Shown: positions 16,609 through 24,416 of the stretch, piece by piece
Layout: each line of letters opens with the position of its first letter
How positions within the stretch are numbered: the first letter of the stretch is position 1
Assembly (NCBI GenBank): GCA_050698235.1
Contig: JBOHBE010000202.1
Location: forward strand, 1 to 33,863
Direction: 5' to 3'
Source: Gaiellales bacterium
GTDB taxonomy: Bacteria; Actinomycetota; Thermoleophilia; Gaiellales; JAICJC01
DNA: 33,863 nucleotides
Position numbers and translations under genes: made by a program
The notes under the pieces: model-generated
Seen by the model: only the letters and a program-made list of their open reading frames with translations
Told to the model about the DNA's origin: nothing
Databases searched by the model: none

Positions 16609-18096
16609 TCAGGAGAGGTCGGCGAGGATCTCGCGGGCCGCGTTCTGGCCCGGAGCGCCGGTGACGCCGCCGCCTGGATGGGCGCCCGAACCGCACAGGT
16701 AGAGGCCGTTCGTGCCCATTCGATAGCGCGCCAGCCCGAGCACGGGCCGCCACGCGAAGAACTGATCGAGGCCGGGCTCCGCGTGATAGACGTGGCCGCC
16801 CGAGATGCCGAGCTCGCGCTCGATGACCGCCGGGGTCATGACCCGCCGCTCGGTGACCAAGCCGCTCAGGCCGGGCGCGTGCCGCTCGAGCTCCGAGACG
16901 ACCATGTCGCCCACCTGATCCGGGTCCGCGCCGTACGGGACCCACTGGGCGAGAACGTGCATCGCGTCGTCCTCGAGCGTGGCCTCGAGATACGGCCGGT
17001 CGCTCAGGGTGCCGTACTTCCAGCAGTCGAAGGCCCGCTCGACGTGGTCGATCCCCGGGGCGACGACGATCCGCCCGGACAGCCGCTCCGGGTCGTCGAC
17101 GCCGGTGAACTCGGGACGGGCTGACAGGCGCAGCTCGACCACGGCGGTCGCGCCCGGCGTGCGAATGTTCCCGGCGCGCCACCTGAGCCGCGGACCGGCC
17201 TCCTCGGGGTCGAGCCAGCGCGTGAGCACCGTCTTCGGGTCGACGCCGCACGCCACGACGGGGGCTTCGATCTCGTCGCCCGACGCGAGGGCGACGCCCG
17301 TGACACGCCCTCCGCGCACGAGGAGCCGCGACACCTCGGCGCCGGTTCGCACCTCGGCGCCGGCTGCGGTGGCCGACGCCTCGAGCGCCGACGCCAGGGC
17401 CAACGGCCTGCCCCTGGCGTACGTCGTCTGCCCGGCGGCGCCGCCGTCGTTTCCGGCCGAGTCGGCGAGGAGGACGCAGGTGGTGCCGGCCGACCAGGGG
17501 CCCATCGCGGTGAAGAGCGACCCGCGCGCGGCCAGGGCGCCCCGGACGGCGTCGGACGCGAACCACTCACCCACGAAGTCGGCTGAGGCCATCGGCAGCG
17601 CCCGGGTGAACTCGCGGGCTGCGCGGGCGCTGAGGCGCCGATAGGCGCGGGCGAGCTTCAGCCCCGCCTGCCAGTCGCCGACAGCGCCGGCGTCGAGTCG
17701 CGGCGGCGTCACGTCGGCGAGCTCGCCCAGGAACCGGGCGAGCACCCGCACGTGGGCGTCGAACCGCGGGTAGGCGTCGGCGTCCTCCGGCGAGACGGCG
17801 GCGAGGTCGTGTGCGGTCCGGGCCGGATCGGTCCAGAAGGTGAGCGGCGCCCCGTGGTCTCCCAGCGCGAGCATCCGCACGGCCGGGCGCACCAGCTCGA
17901 GGCCGTGGCGCTCGAGCTCGAGCTCCGCGACAACCGCCGGCCGCAGGCGGCCGACGGTCGTGACCACGCCGTCGAGGATGCCGCCGACGCGCTCGCGGCG
18001 CTCGAGGACGACCACGCGGCGGCCGGCCCGGGCGAGCGAGGCCGCGCAGACGAGGCCGTTGTGGCCTCCGCCGGCGACGATCACGTCGTAGCTCAC
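16609..18096 (-). CDS. NAD(P)/FAD-dependent oxidoreductase, CrtI/PYROXD2-like family (divergent paralogue)
   Basis: GTG start at 18096 overlaps the upstream stop (GTGA at 18093-18096). The dinucleotide-binding motif is YDVIVAGGGHNGLVCAASLARAG..VVVLERRERVGG. The family C-terminus is LYLCGSGAHPGGGVTGAPG. It lacks the AAVTEExxPGFxFS segment present in the neighbouring paralogue. Confidence 0.85.
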   Translation of the reverse strand: MSYDVIVAGGGHNGLVCAASLARAGRRVVVLERRERVGGILDGVVTTVGRLRPAVVAELELERHGLELVRPAVRMLALGDHGAPLTFWTDPARTAHDLAAVSPEDADAYPRFDAHVRVLARFLGELADVTPPRLDAGAVGDWQAGLKLARAYRRLSARAAREFTRALPMASADFVGEWFASDAVRGALAARGSLFTAMGPWSAGTTCVLLADSAGNDGGAAGQTTYARGRPLALASALEASATAAGAEVRTGAEVSRLLVRGGRVTGVALASGDEIEAPVVACGVDPKTVLTRWLDPEEAGPRLRWRAGNIRTPGATAVVELRLSARPEFTGVDDPERLSGRIVVAPGIDHVERAFDCWKYGTLSDRPYLEATLEDDAMHVLAQWVPYGADPDQVGDMVVSELERHAPGLSGLVTERRVMTPAVIERELGISGGHVYHAEPGLDQFFAWRPVLGLARYRMGTNGLYLCGSGAHPGGGVTGAPGQNAAREILADLS

Positions 18097-19682
18097 TGCC
18101 GCCCCCGGGCGCGCAGGTGCTCCAGGGCCGCGATCCGGCCCGGCGCGCCCATCAGGCCGCCGCCGGGGTGCGCCGCCGAACCGCACATCCAAAGGCCGTG
18201 AACCGGGGTGCGGTAGCGGGCCCAGCCGGGCACCGGCCGGTTGAAGAAGAGCTGCTCGAGCGACAGCTCGCCCTGGAAGATGTTGCCCTCCGAGAGGCCG
18301 ATCCGCTCCTCGATGTCGAGCGGCGAGAGCACCTGCTCGCCCACGATCAGGTCGCGGATGTTCGGAGCCCGCTCGGCCAGCGTGTCGATCACGGTGTCGC
18401 GGAACGCCTGGCGGCGCTCGTCATCCCATTCGTCCCCGCCGGCGAGGTGATACGGCGCGTACTGGACGAAGCAGCTCATCACGTGCTTTCCGGGCGGCGC
18501 CATCGCCGGGTCGACGAGCGTCGGGATGATCGAATCGATGTAGGGCCGCCTCGAGAACCGGCCGTACTTGGCGTCATCGTAGGCCCGCTCCATGTACTCG
18601 ACCGACGGCGAGAAGCTGATCGCCCCGCGCAGGTGCTCGCCACGGCCGGGCAGGCACGTGAAGTCGGGGAGCCCGTCGAGTGCCAGGTTCACCTTGCCCG
18701 ACGACCCGCGGAACCGGTAGCGGCGCACGTCGTCGACGAACTGTCCGTCGAGCGTGCCCGGCTCGATCAGCTCGAGGAAGGTGACGCGCGGATCGGCGCT
18801 CGAGAGCACGGCGTCCGCCTCGAGCGTCTCGCCGGACTGGAGCGTCACACCAACCGTGCGCCCGCCGCGCACGTCGATGCTGGCCACCGCCGCTTCGGTG
18901 CGGATCTCGGCGCCCTGGGCGCGCGCGGCCGAGGCGATCGCGAGGCTGACGCCGCCGGTGCCGCCGCGCGGAATCCCCCAGGCCCGGAAGGCGCCGTCGA
19001 TCTCGCCCATGTAGTGATGCAGGAGGACGTACGCGGTGCCCGGCGAGCGGACGCCCTGGAACGTCCCGATGATGCCGGACGCGGCCATGGTCGCCTTGAG
19101 CGGGTCGGTCTCGAACCACTGGTCGAGGAAGTCGGCCGCGCTCATCGTCATCAGCTGGATGAACGTGTCGCGCAGCCGGCGCGGGAGCGCGGCGAAGCGG
19201 CGGGCGAGCGGGGCCAGCGAGAGCCACTCGGCGGGCCGGATGCGGCCCTGGTCGGCCGGCACGGCTGAGAGGATCGGCTTGATGAAGCGGGCCATCTGCG
19301 CCATGAGGAGGCCGTACTCCTCGTATGCCTCCGCATCGTTCAGCGACCACCGCCGCAGCTCGCGCACCGTGCGGCCGTGGTCGTTGACGCGCCAGAGGTG
19401 GTCGTTGTCGAGCGGGGTGAGCGTCCCGTCGAGGGGGAGGATCGCGAGGCCGTGGCGCGGGAGCTCCAGCTCGCGCACGATCTCGGGCCGAAGCAGTGAG
19501 ACGACGTACGAGGCGACGCTGAACCGGAACCCCGGCACGATCTCCTCGGTGACGGCGGCGCCTCCGAGGACGTGCCGCCGCTCGAGCACGACGACGCGGA
19601 GCCCGGCGCGTGCCAGGTACGCCCCGCAGACGAGGCCGTTGTGGCCGCCGCCGATGACGATCGCGTCGTAGCGCTCCTGCAT
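18093..19682 (-). CDS. NAD(P)/FAD-dependent oxidoreductase, PYROXD2-like (phytoene-desaturase/CrtI superfamily)
   Basis: ATG start at 19682, 529 aa. The sequence YDAIVIGGGHNGLVCGAYLARAGLRVVVLERRHVLGGAAVTEEIVPGFRFSVASYVVSLLRPEI...DQWFETDPLKATMA...YVLLHHYMG...LWMCGSAAHPGGGLMGAPG tracks, from memory, the PYROXD2 family along its whole length. Confidence 0.9.
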   Translation of the reverse strand: MQERYDAIVIGGGHNGLVCGAYLARAGLRVVVLERRHVLGGAAVTEEIVPGFRFSVASYVVSLLRPEIVRELELPRHGLAILPLDGTLTPLDNDHLWRVNDHGRTVRELRRWSLNDAEAYEEYGLLMAQMARFIKPILSAVPADQGRIRPAEWLSLAPLARRFAALPRRLRDTFIQLMTMSAADFLDQWFETDPLKATMAASGIIGTFQGVRSPGTAYVLLHHYMGEIDGAFRAWGIPRGGTGGVSLAIASAARAQGAEIRTEAAVASIDVRGGRTVGVTLQSGETLEADAVLSSADPRVTFLELIEPGTLDGQFVDDVRRYRFRGSSGKVNLALDGLPDFTCLPGRGEHLRGAISFSPSVEYMERAYDDAKYGRFSRRPYIDSIIPTLVDPAMAPPGKHVMSCFVQYAPYHLAGGDEWDDERRQAFRDTVIDTLAERAPNIRDLIVGEQVLSPLDIEERIGLSEGNIFQGELSLEQLFFNRPVPGWARYRTPVHGLWMCGSAAHPGGGLMGAPGRIAALEHLRARGRQ

Positions 19683-19745
19683 CGGGGCGCGATGCTAGAT
19701 CATTGGGCGCCCTTGACCGCGACGGCGAGATAGATTCCGGCCGCG

Positions 19746-20942
19746 ATGACTGCGGTCTCACCATTCCACCCGCGCACGTCCGACCTGAACGCGAAGCTCG
19801 CGTGGTCGGAGTGGGCGACGTACCTCTCTCCGGCCGGGTACGCCGACATGCACGACATCGAGTACACGGCGGTGCGCGAGGCTGCGGCGGTATTCGACGT
19901 GTCGCCGCTCTACAAGTACATCGTGTCGGGGCCCGACGCGGTCCGGCTCGTCGATCGCGTCATCACGCGGGACGCCACTCGCATCCAGGTGGGCCAGGTC
20001 GCCTACACGCCGTGGTGCGACGAGGCCGGCAAGGTGGTCGACGACGGCACGGTGGGGCGCCTCGACGAGACGCGCTTCCGGTGGACGGCGGCCGACCCGC
20101 AGTACCGGTGGCTGGGCATGAACGCCGCCGGGCTCGATGTCGAGATCGAGGACGTGACCGACGCCGTCGCCGCCCTCGCCCTCCAGGGGCCGCGCTCGCG
20201 GGCGGTGCTCGAGGCCGTGACCGGCGAGGAGTGGGGGAGCCTCGGGTACTTCCGCCGCCGGCCGTGCACCATCGCCGGGGCCGGCGTCGACGTGAGCCGC
20301 ACGGGCTACACCGGCGACCTCGGCTACGAGCTCTGGATTCCTGCCGCCGCGGCGCTCGACGTCTGGGACGCCCTGTTCGCGGCGGGTGAGCAGCACGGGA
20401 TCCGGCCGGCGGGTCTTCGCGCCCTCGACGTCGTGCGCGTCGAGGCGGGCCTGATCCTCATCGAGGTCGACTACACGAGCGTGATGCGTGCGACTACGCC
20501 GGCGCACGAGTATTCGCCATTCGAGATCGGCCTCGGCCGTCTCGTGAACTTCGAGAAGGCGCAGTTCGTCGGCAGGCGGGCGCTCCTGCGGGAGCGAAGC
20601 GAGGGCGGGCCTCGCCGGCGGCTGGTGGGGCTCGAGCTCGACTGGGCTGGGATCGAGCGGGCGTTCGCCCGCCACGACCTGCCGCCCGCCGTCCAGGCGA
20701 CGGTCTCGCGTGAGCCTGTCCCGGTCTTTGGCCGCCGCGGCCAGGTCGGGCGGGCGACGAGCACCTGCTGGTCGCCGATGCTGAAGAAGATGGTGGCGCT
20801 CGCCTCCGTCGGACCGCGCCACGAGGCCGCGGGGACGCCGCTCGAGGTCGAGTGGTCGGTCGAGGGGGAGCGCGGCCGGGTCGCCGCGAAGGTCGTCGAG
20901 CTGCCGTTCCTCGACCTCCCGCGCCGGCGCGAGACCGGCTGA
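19746..20942 (+). CDS. GcvT-like aminomethyltransferase family protein (folate-binding T-protein fold)
   Basis: ATG start at 19746, 398 aa. The sequence FHPRT...EYTAVREAAAVFDVSPLYKYIVSGPDAVRLVDRVITRD...RTGYTGDLGYELWIP...IRPAGLRALDVVRVEAGL matches the T-protein / DMG-oxidase C-terminal domain pattern. Confidence 0.88.
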   Translation: MTAVSPFHPRTSDLNAKLAWSEWATYLSPAGYADMHDIEYTAVREAAAVFDVSPLYKYIVSGPDAVRLVDRVITRDATRIQVGQVAYTPWCDEAGKVVDDGTVGRLDETRFRWTAADPQYRWLGMNAAGLDVEIEDVTDAVAALALQGPRSRAVLEAVTGEEWGSLGYFRRRPCTIAGAGVDVSRTGYTGDLGYELWIPAAAALDVWDALFAAGEQHGIRPAGLRALDVVRVEAGLILIEVDYTSVMRATTPAHEYSPFEIGLGRLVNFEKAQFVGRRALLRERSEGGPRRRLVGLELDWAGIERAFARHDLPPAVQATVSREPVPVFGRRGQVGRATSTCWSPMLKKMVALASVGPRHEAAGTPLEVEWSVEGERGRVAAKVVELPFLDLPRRRETG

Positions 20943-20948
20943 CCCGAC

Positions 20949-21734
20949 GTGCGCCGCCGCCGCACATCGCCCCGCGACTGCGCGCGCGCGCTCTGGCTCC
21001 TCGGGATCCAGCCGCCCGTCACGCCTGCGCAGCTCCAGGCGGCGTACCGGGCTCGCATCGCCCAGGCCCACCCTGACCTGCACCTCGACTCCGAGGCGCG
21101 CACCGAGGCCGCGAACGTCCTCAGCCGTGCGATCAACGAGGCCCGTGACCTCGTCGCTGATTGGATCGCCTCCGACCGGGACTGGCCGGCGCTCGCGGGG
21201 TCCCGCGCCGCCGCGCGCAATCCGGCTCCACCCGATCCCATGCCCGCTCCGGTCTGCCGCCGGACGGGACTTCGGTCCGGCGACCTCGTGCGCGTGTGGC
21301 CGTATGACGGCGACGTCGAGGTCGTCGCCGGAACCGAGATCGACCGCGAGCGGGCCTGGGTGATCCTGCGCGATCGCGGCGCGGTGCGAGCCGACCGCGT
21401 GATGCTCGCCGCCTACCAGTGCCCGGCGTGCGGCCGGTGCGCCGGCCCGGCGGTCGAGCGGCCGGTGCTGCGACCGTGCCCCGAGTGCCTCGCCGACCTG
21501 CGTGCCCTCGAGCGCCGGCCCGACGAGACGCGCCGGGTGCGAAGCGCCATCGAGGCGCGCGCGGAGGCCGGGCTCGCCGAGGCGCGCGTGCTCCGCGGCG
21601 AGCGCCTGGAGCAGCGGGCCGAGTCACGCCGCCGCTGGGCGCGAGGCCTGCGCCGCGCCGGTCCGGACGACCTTCGCGCGGCACTTGTGTCCGCGTTCAC
21701 CAACGCCTTCGACCGCTGGACTGCTCCGGTGTAG
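20949..21734 (+). CDS. J-domain-like protein with internal C4 zinc-ribbon
   Basis: GTG start at 20949, 6 nt after the GcvT-like stop. A J-domain-like helix pair ALWLLGIQPPVTPAQLQAAYRARIAQAHPDLH carries the HPD tripeptide (nt 21069-21077). The zinc-ribbon is CPACGRC...CPEC (about 21420-21488). The tail is Arg/Glu-rich and helical. Confidence 0.6.
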   Translation: MRRRRTSPRDCARALWLLGIQPPVTPAQLQAAYRARIAQAHPDLHLDSEARTEAANVLSRAINEARDLVADWIASDRDWPALAGSRAAARNPAPPDPMPAPVCRRTGLRSGDLVRVWPYDGDVEVVAGTEIDRERAWVILRDRGAVRADRVMLAAYQCPACGRCAGPAVERPVLRPCPECLADLRALERRPDETRRVRSAIEARAEAGLAEARVLRGERLEQRAESRRRWARGLRRAGPDDLRAALVSAFTNAFDRWTAPV

Positions 21735-21781
21735 ACTCGCCGGGCCGTACGGCGACCCAACCCAAATTAGGAGGACGACGA

Positions 21782-22906
21782 ATGGATCCGACCACCGCCC
21801 GCATGAACCGGCGCGAGCTGATCGGGCTCGGTGCGCTGGCGCTCGGCGCGGCGGCCTGCGGAGGCTCCACGGGAGGCGGAGGCGCTGCCTCCGCGTCGTC
21901 CCAGTCGCTGTCAGCGAAGGACCTCGAGGGCCAGCTCAAGTTCTACAACTGGGCCCAGTACGTGAATCCGGTGAACACGAAGGCCTACACCGACACGACG
22001 GGCGTCAAGTTCGAGGAGTCGAACTTCACCTCGAACGAGCAGCTCCTGACCAAGCTCCAGACGACCAAGGGCCAGAAGACCTACGACATCATCGTTCCCG
22101 ATGCGGACCACGTCCGGATCGAGAAGGACCTCGGCCTGCTGATGAAGCTCGACCACAGCCTCATCCCGAACCTCAAGAACCTGGCACCGCACTGGACGCA
22201 GGTCGTCTACGACCCGGGCAACGTCTACTCGGTGGTCAAGGACACGGGGATCACCTGCTTCACGCTTCGCACCGACACGGTGAAGGCCGAGCTGCACACG
22301 TGGAAGGACTTCTTCGACTACCTGCCGCATTCGGGCGACGCGACGGTCAACTTCATCGAGAGCCCCTCCGAGGTGATCGGTGTCGCGCTGAACAGCCTCG
22401 GCTACTCGATGAACACCGACGACGAGGGTCAGCTGAACCAGGTGCGCGACCTCCTGCTCAAGGTGAAGCCGTACGTCGACACCGTGAATGAGGTGTACGT
22501 GAACGACTTCCAGGCCGGCAAGATCGACCTCGGGATCACGTACTCCGGCGACGGGCTGCGGATCCAGGAGGCCCGCAAGAAGGAGGGCGACATCAGCGTC
22601 GTGGCGCCCGAGGGCAAGTCCGAGATCTGGACCGACAACTGGGCCATCTCGACATATGCGCCCGACCCGGTGGCCGCCCACGCCTGGATCAACTTCATCC
22701 TCCAGCCCGAGGTCAACGCCAAGGAGATGGAGTACGTGGCCTACGAGGTGGGGACGCCGGCGTCGTATCCCCTCGTCGGCGACCTCGCGCAGAATCCGCT
22801 CGTGGTCTTCCCCGACCGGATCCTGAACGACTACGAGATCCTCGAGACGACCCCGGAGCGCGAGAACAGCCGCCAGAAGATCTGGGACGCCTTCAAGGCC
22901 GCGTAG
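21782..22906 (+). CDS. Polyamine (spermidine/putrescine, PotD/PotF-like) ABC-transporter substrate-binding protein, Tat/lipoprotein-type signal
   Basis: The RBS AGGAGGA (21769-21775) lies 6 nt before ATG 21782. The signal MNRRELIGLGALALGAAACGG is followed by LKFYNWAQYVNP...SNEQLLTKL...YDIIVPDADHV...LIPNLKNL...DPGNVYSV. Confidence 0.88.
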   Translation: MDPTTARMNRRELIGLGALALGAAACGGSTGGGGAASASSQSLSAKDLEGQLKFYNWAQYVNPVNTKAYTDTTGVKFEESNFTSNEQLLTKLQTTKGQKTYDIIVPDADHVRIEKDLGLLMKLDHSLIPNLKNLAPHWTQVVYDPGNVYSVVKDTGITCFTLRTDTVKAELHTWKDFFDYLPHSGDATVNFIESPSEVIGVALNSLGYSMNTDDEGQLNQVRDLLLKVKPYVDTVNEVYVNDFQAGKIDLGITYSGDGLRIQEARKKEGDISVVAPEGKSEIWTDNWAISTYAPDPVAAHAWINFILQPEVNAKEMEYVAYEVGTPASYPLVGDLAQNPLVVFPDRILNDYEILETTPERENSRQKIWDAFKAA

Positions 22907-22907
22907 C

Positions 22908-23618
22908 GTGCTGCGCCGCGGACTCGTGGCCGCGGTCGTCGTCGCGGCGCTCGGCGCCGCGCCTGCCGCACATGCCCAGGTGACGATCGTCCTCGACCCG
23001 GGCCACAACCTCTACCCGAACCTCGCCACCGAACCGATCGGGCCGGGCTCCTCGACGTTCAAGATCAAGGACGGCGGCGGCACCCATGGCGTCGTCACGG
23101 GGCAGTCCGAGGCGTCCGTGAACCTGCGGATCGCGTTTCGGCTGCGCACGCTCCTTCGTGCCGACGGCCTCCACGTCATCATGACCCGGCACAAGACGTG
23201 CTGCCGGAGCAAGGGCAACATCGCCCGGGCCCGCATCGCCAACCGCGCCCACGCTGCGCTCTTCCTGCGAATCCACGCCGATGGCTCGACCGACCACGCG
23301 GTGGCGGGCACGTCGATGCTCTACCCGGCGCTGCACGCGGGATGGACCGACGACATCTTCGGCCGCAGCCGCCAAGCGGCCCGGATCGTCCAGGCCAGGC
23401 TCGTGCACCGGCTCGACTGGCCGGATCGGGGGCTCGTCCCGCGCGGCGACCTGACCGGGTTCAACTGGGCGAACGTCCCGGCGATCCTGACCGAGGTCGG
23501 ATTCCTCACGAATCCGTCCGAGGACCGGGCCCTGGCCACGGGGGCGACCGTGAAACGGATTGCGCGCGGCTTGGAGGGCGGCGTTCTGCATTACCTCCGG
23601 GCTCGCGGCCTGCGCTAA
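22908..23618 (+). CDS. N-acetylmuramoyl-L-alanine amidase (Amidase_3 family), secreted
   Basis: GTG start at 22908, 1 nt after the SBP stop TAG (22904-22906). The signal peptide ends AAHAQ. The Zn-ligand context is LDPGHN, SEASVNL and FLRIHADGS. Near the C-terminus it reads NVPAILTEVGFLTNPSED. Confidence 0.88.
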   Translation: MLRRGLVAAVVVAALGAAPAAHAQVTIVLDPGHNLYPNLATEPIGPGSSTFKIKDGGGTHGVVTGQSEASVNLRIAFRLRTLLRADGLHVIMTRHKTCCRSKGNIARARIANRAHAALFLRIHADGSTDHAVAGTSMLYPALHAGWTDDIFGRSRQAARIVQARLVHRLDWPDRGLVPRGDLTGFNWANVPAILTEVGFLTNPSEDRALATGATVKRIARGLEGGVLHYLRARGLR

Positions 23619-23652
23619 CATACGCCCGTATCGGATTGTGACAGGAGGCACG

Positions 23653-24084
23653 ATGCGCGTCAGCGCCATCATGCAGACGGACCTCGTCACGACCGCGCCG
23701 GACGCGGCCGTGGTTGACGTTGCCCGGCTCCTCACCGAGCGGCGGGTGGGAGCCTGCCTCGTGATGGAGGGCGGCGAGCTCGCCGGGATCTTCACCGAGC
23801 GCGACCTCGTGCGCCTCGTCTCGTCGGGCAGGGACGTGCGCCGCCGGCCCGTTCGCGAGGCGATGACCACCGACGTGACGCTGGCCGCGCCGGACGCCGA
23901 CCTTCTGTGGGCCGCGGCGACCATGCGCCGGCTCGGAGTCCGCCATCTGCCGGTCGGCGAGGGCGGTCATGTGGTCGGGATCATCTCGATCAGGGATCTG
24001 TATGCGGCTGCCGAGGCGGTGCTCCGTCTCGACCCGCGAGGAGCGGAGACCGCGCGCGGCGTGCTCGCGGCGGCAAGTCACTGA
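23653..24084 (+). CDS. CBS-domain pair protein
   Basis: The RBS AGGAGG (23643-23648) precedes ATG 23653. Two CBS units are present (IMQTDLVTTAPDAAVVDVARLLTERRVGACLVME...GIFTERDL and AMTTDVTLAAPDADLLWAAATMRRLGVRHLPV...GIISIRDL). Confidence 0.9.
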   Translation: MRVSAIMQTDLVTTAPDAAVVDVARLLTERRVGACLVMEGGELAGIFTERDLVRLVSSGRDVRRRPVREAMTTDVTLAAPDADLLWAAATMRRLGVRHLPVGEGGHVVGIISIRDLYAAAEAVLRLDPRGAETARGVLAAASH

Positions 24085-24101
24085 GACGAAAGGAGAGGGC
24101 G

Positions 24102-24374
24102 ATGCAAGAACGAGACGACGGGTATGCGATCCGGGTGGGGCTTCTGGCGGTGATCGCCTTCATGTCCTGGCCCGTCTGGCTCGCCATCGTGGCAGGGCAG
24201 CACTCCTTCACGACGGCGGTCGCGCTCTCGGCGCTCGTGCCGCTGGCGCTCACGATCATGCTGCCTCTCGTCGCGTTCCACGCGGGTGCGCGACTCCACG
24301 GCCGCCTGGTCTCGCTCGAGCACCGGCTCCACATCGACGGCTTCATCGACCGCCACCTGCACCCGCACGGGTAA
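24102..24374 (+). CDS. Small hypothetical membrane protein (two predicted TM helices, His-rich tail)
   Basis: The RBS AAGGAGAG (24090-24097) precedes ATG 24102. It is 90 aa. The predicted helices are VGLLAVIAFMSWPVWLAIVAG and AVALSALVPLALTIMLPLVAF. GC3 is high. Confidence 0.6.
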   Translation: MQERDDGYAIRVGLLAVIAFMSWPVWLAIVAGQHSFTTAVALSALVPLALTIMLPLVAFHAGARLHGRLVSLEHRLHIDGFIDRHLHPHG

Positions 24375-24416
24375 GCGCGGTGCCGGCCCTTCGGTGGCGA
24401 GGCACAGGTGGTGGCC

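Noticed and set aside
19713-19736. TTGACC (19713-18) plus TAGATT (19731-36) as a canonical -35/-10 promoter for the GcvT-like gene.
   Set aside because: The spacer is only 12 nt, too short for a sigma-70-type pair. I keep TAGATT as a possible -10 but do not accept the -35.
19683-19745. A glycine riboswitch upstream of the GcvT-like gene.
   Set aside because: The whole intergenic region is 63 nt and also has to hold two divergent promoters. That is far too short for a glycine riboswitch aptamer, and I see no conserved aptamer features.
21950-22900. A visibly less GC-rich stretch over the PotD-like gene as a sign of horizontal transfer.
   Set aside because: Third codon positions remain almost entirely G/C (aag ttc tac aac tgg gcc cag tac gtg ...). 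The lower GC comes from a Lys/Asn/Tyr/Phe/Asp-rich amino-acid composition, not from foreign codon usage.
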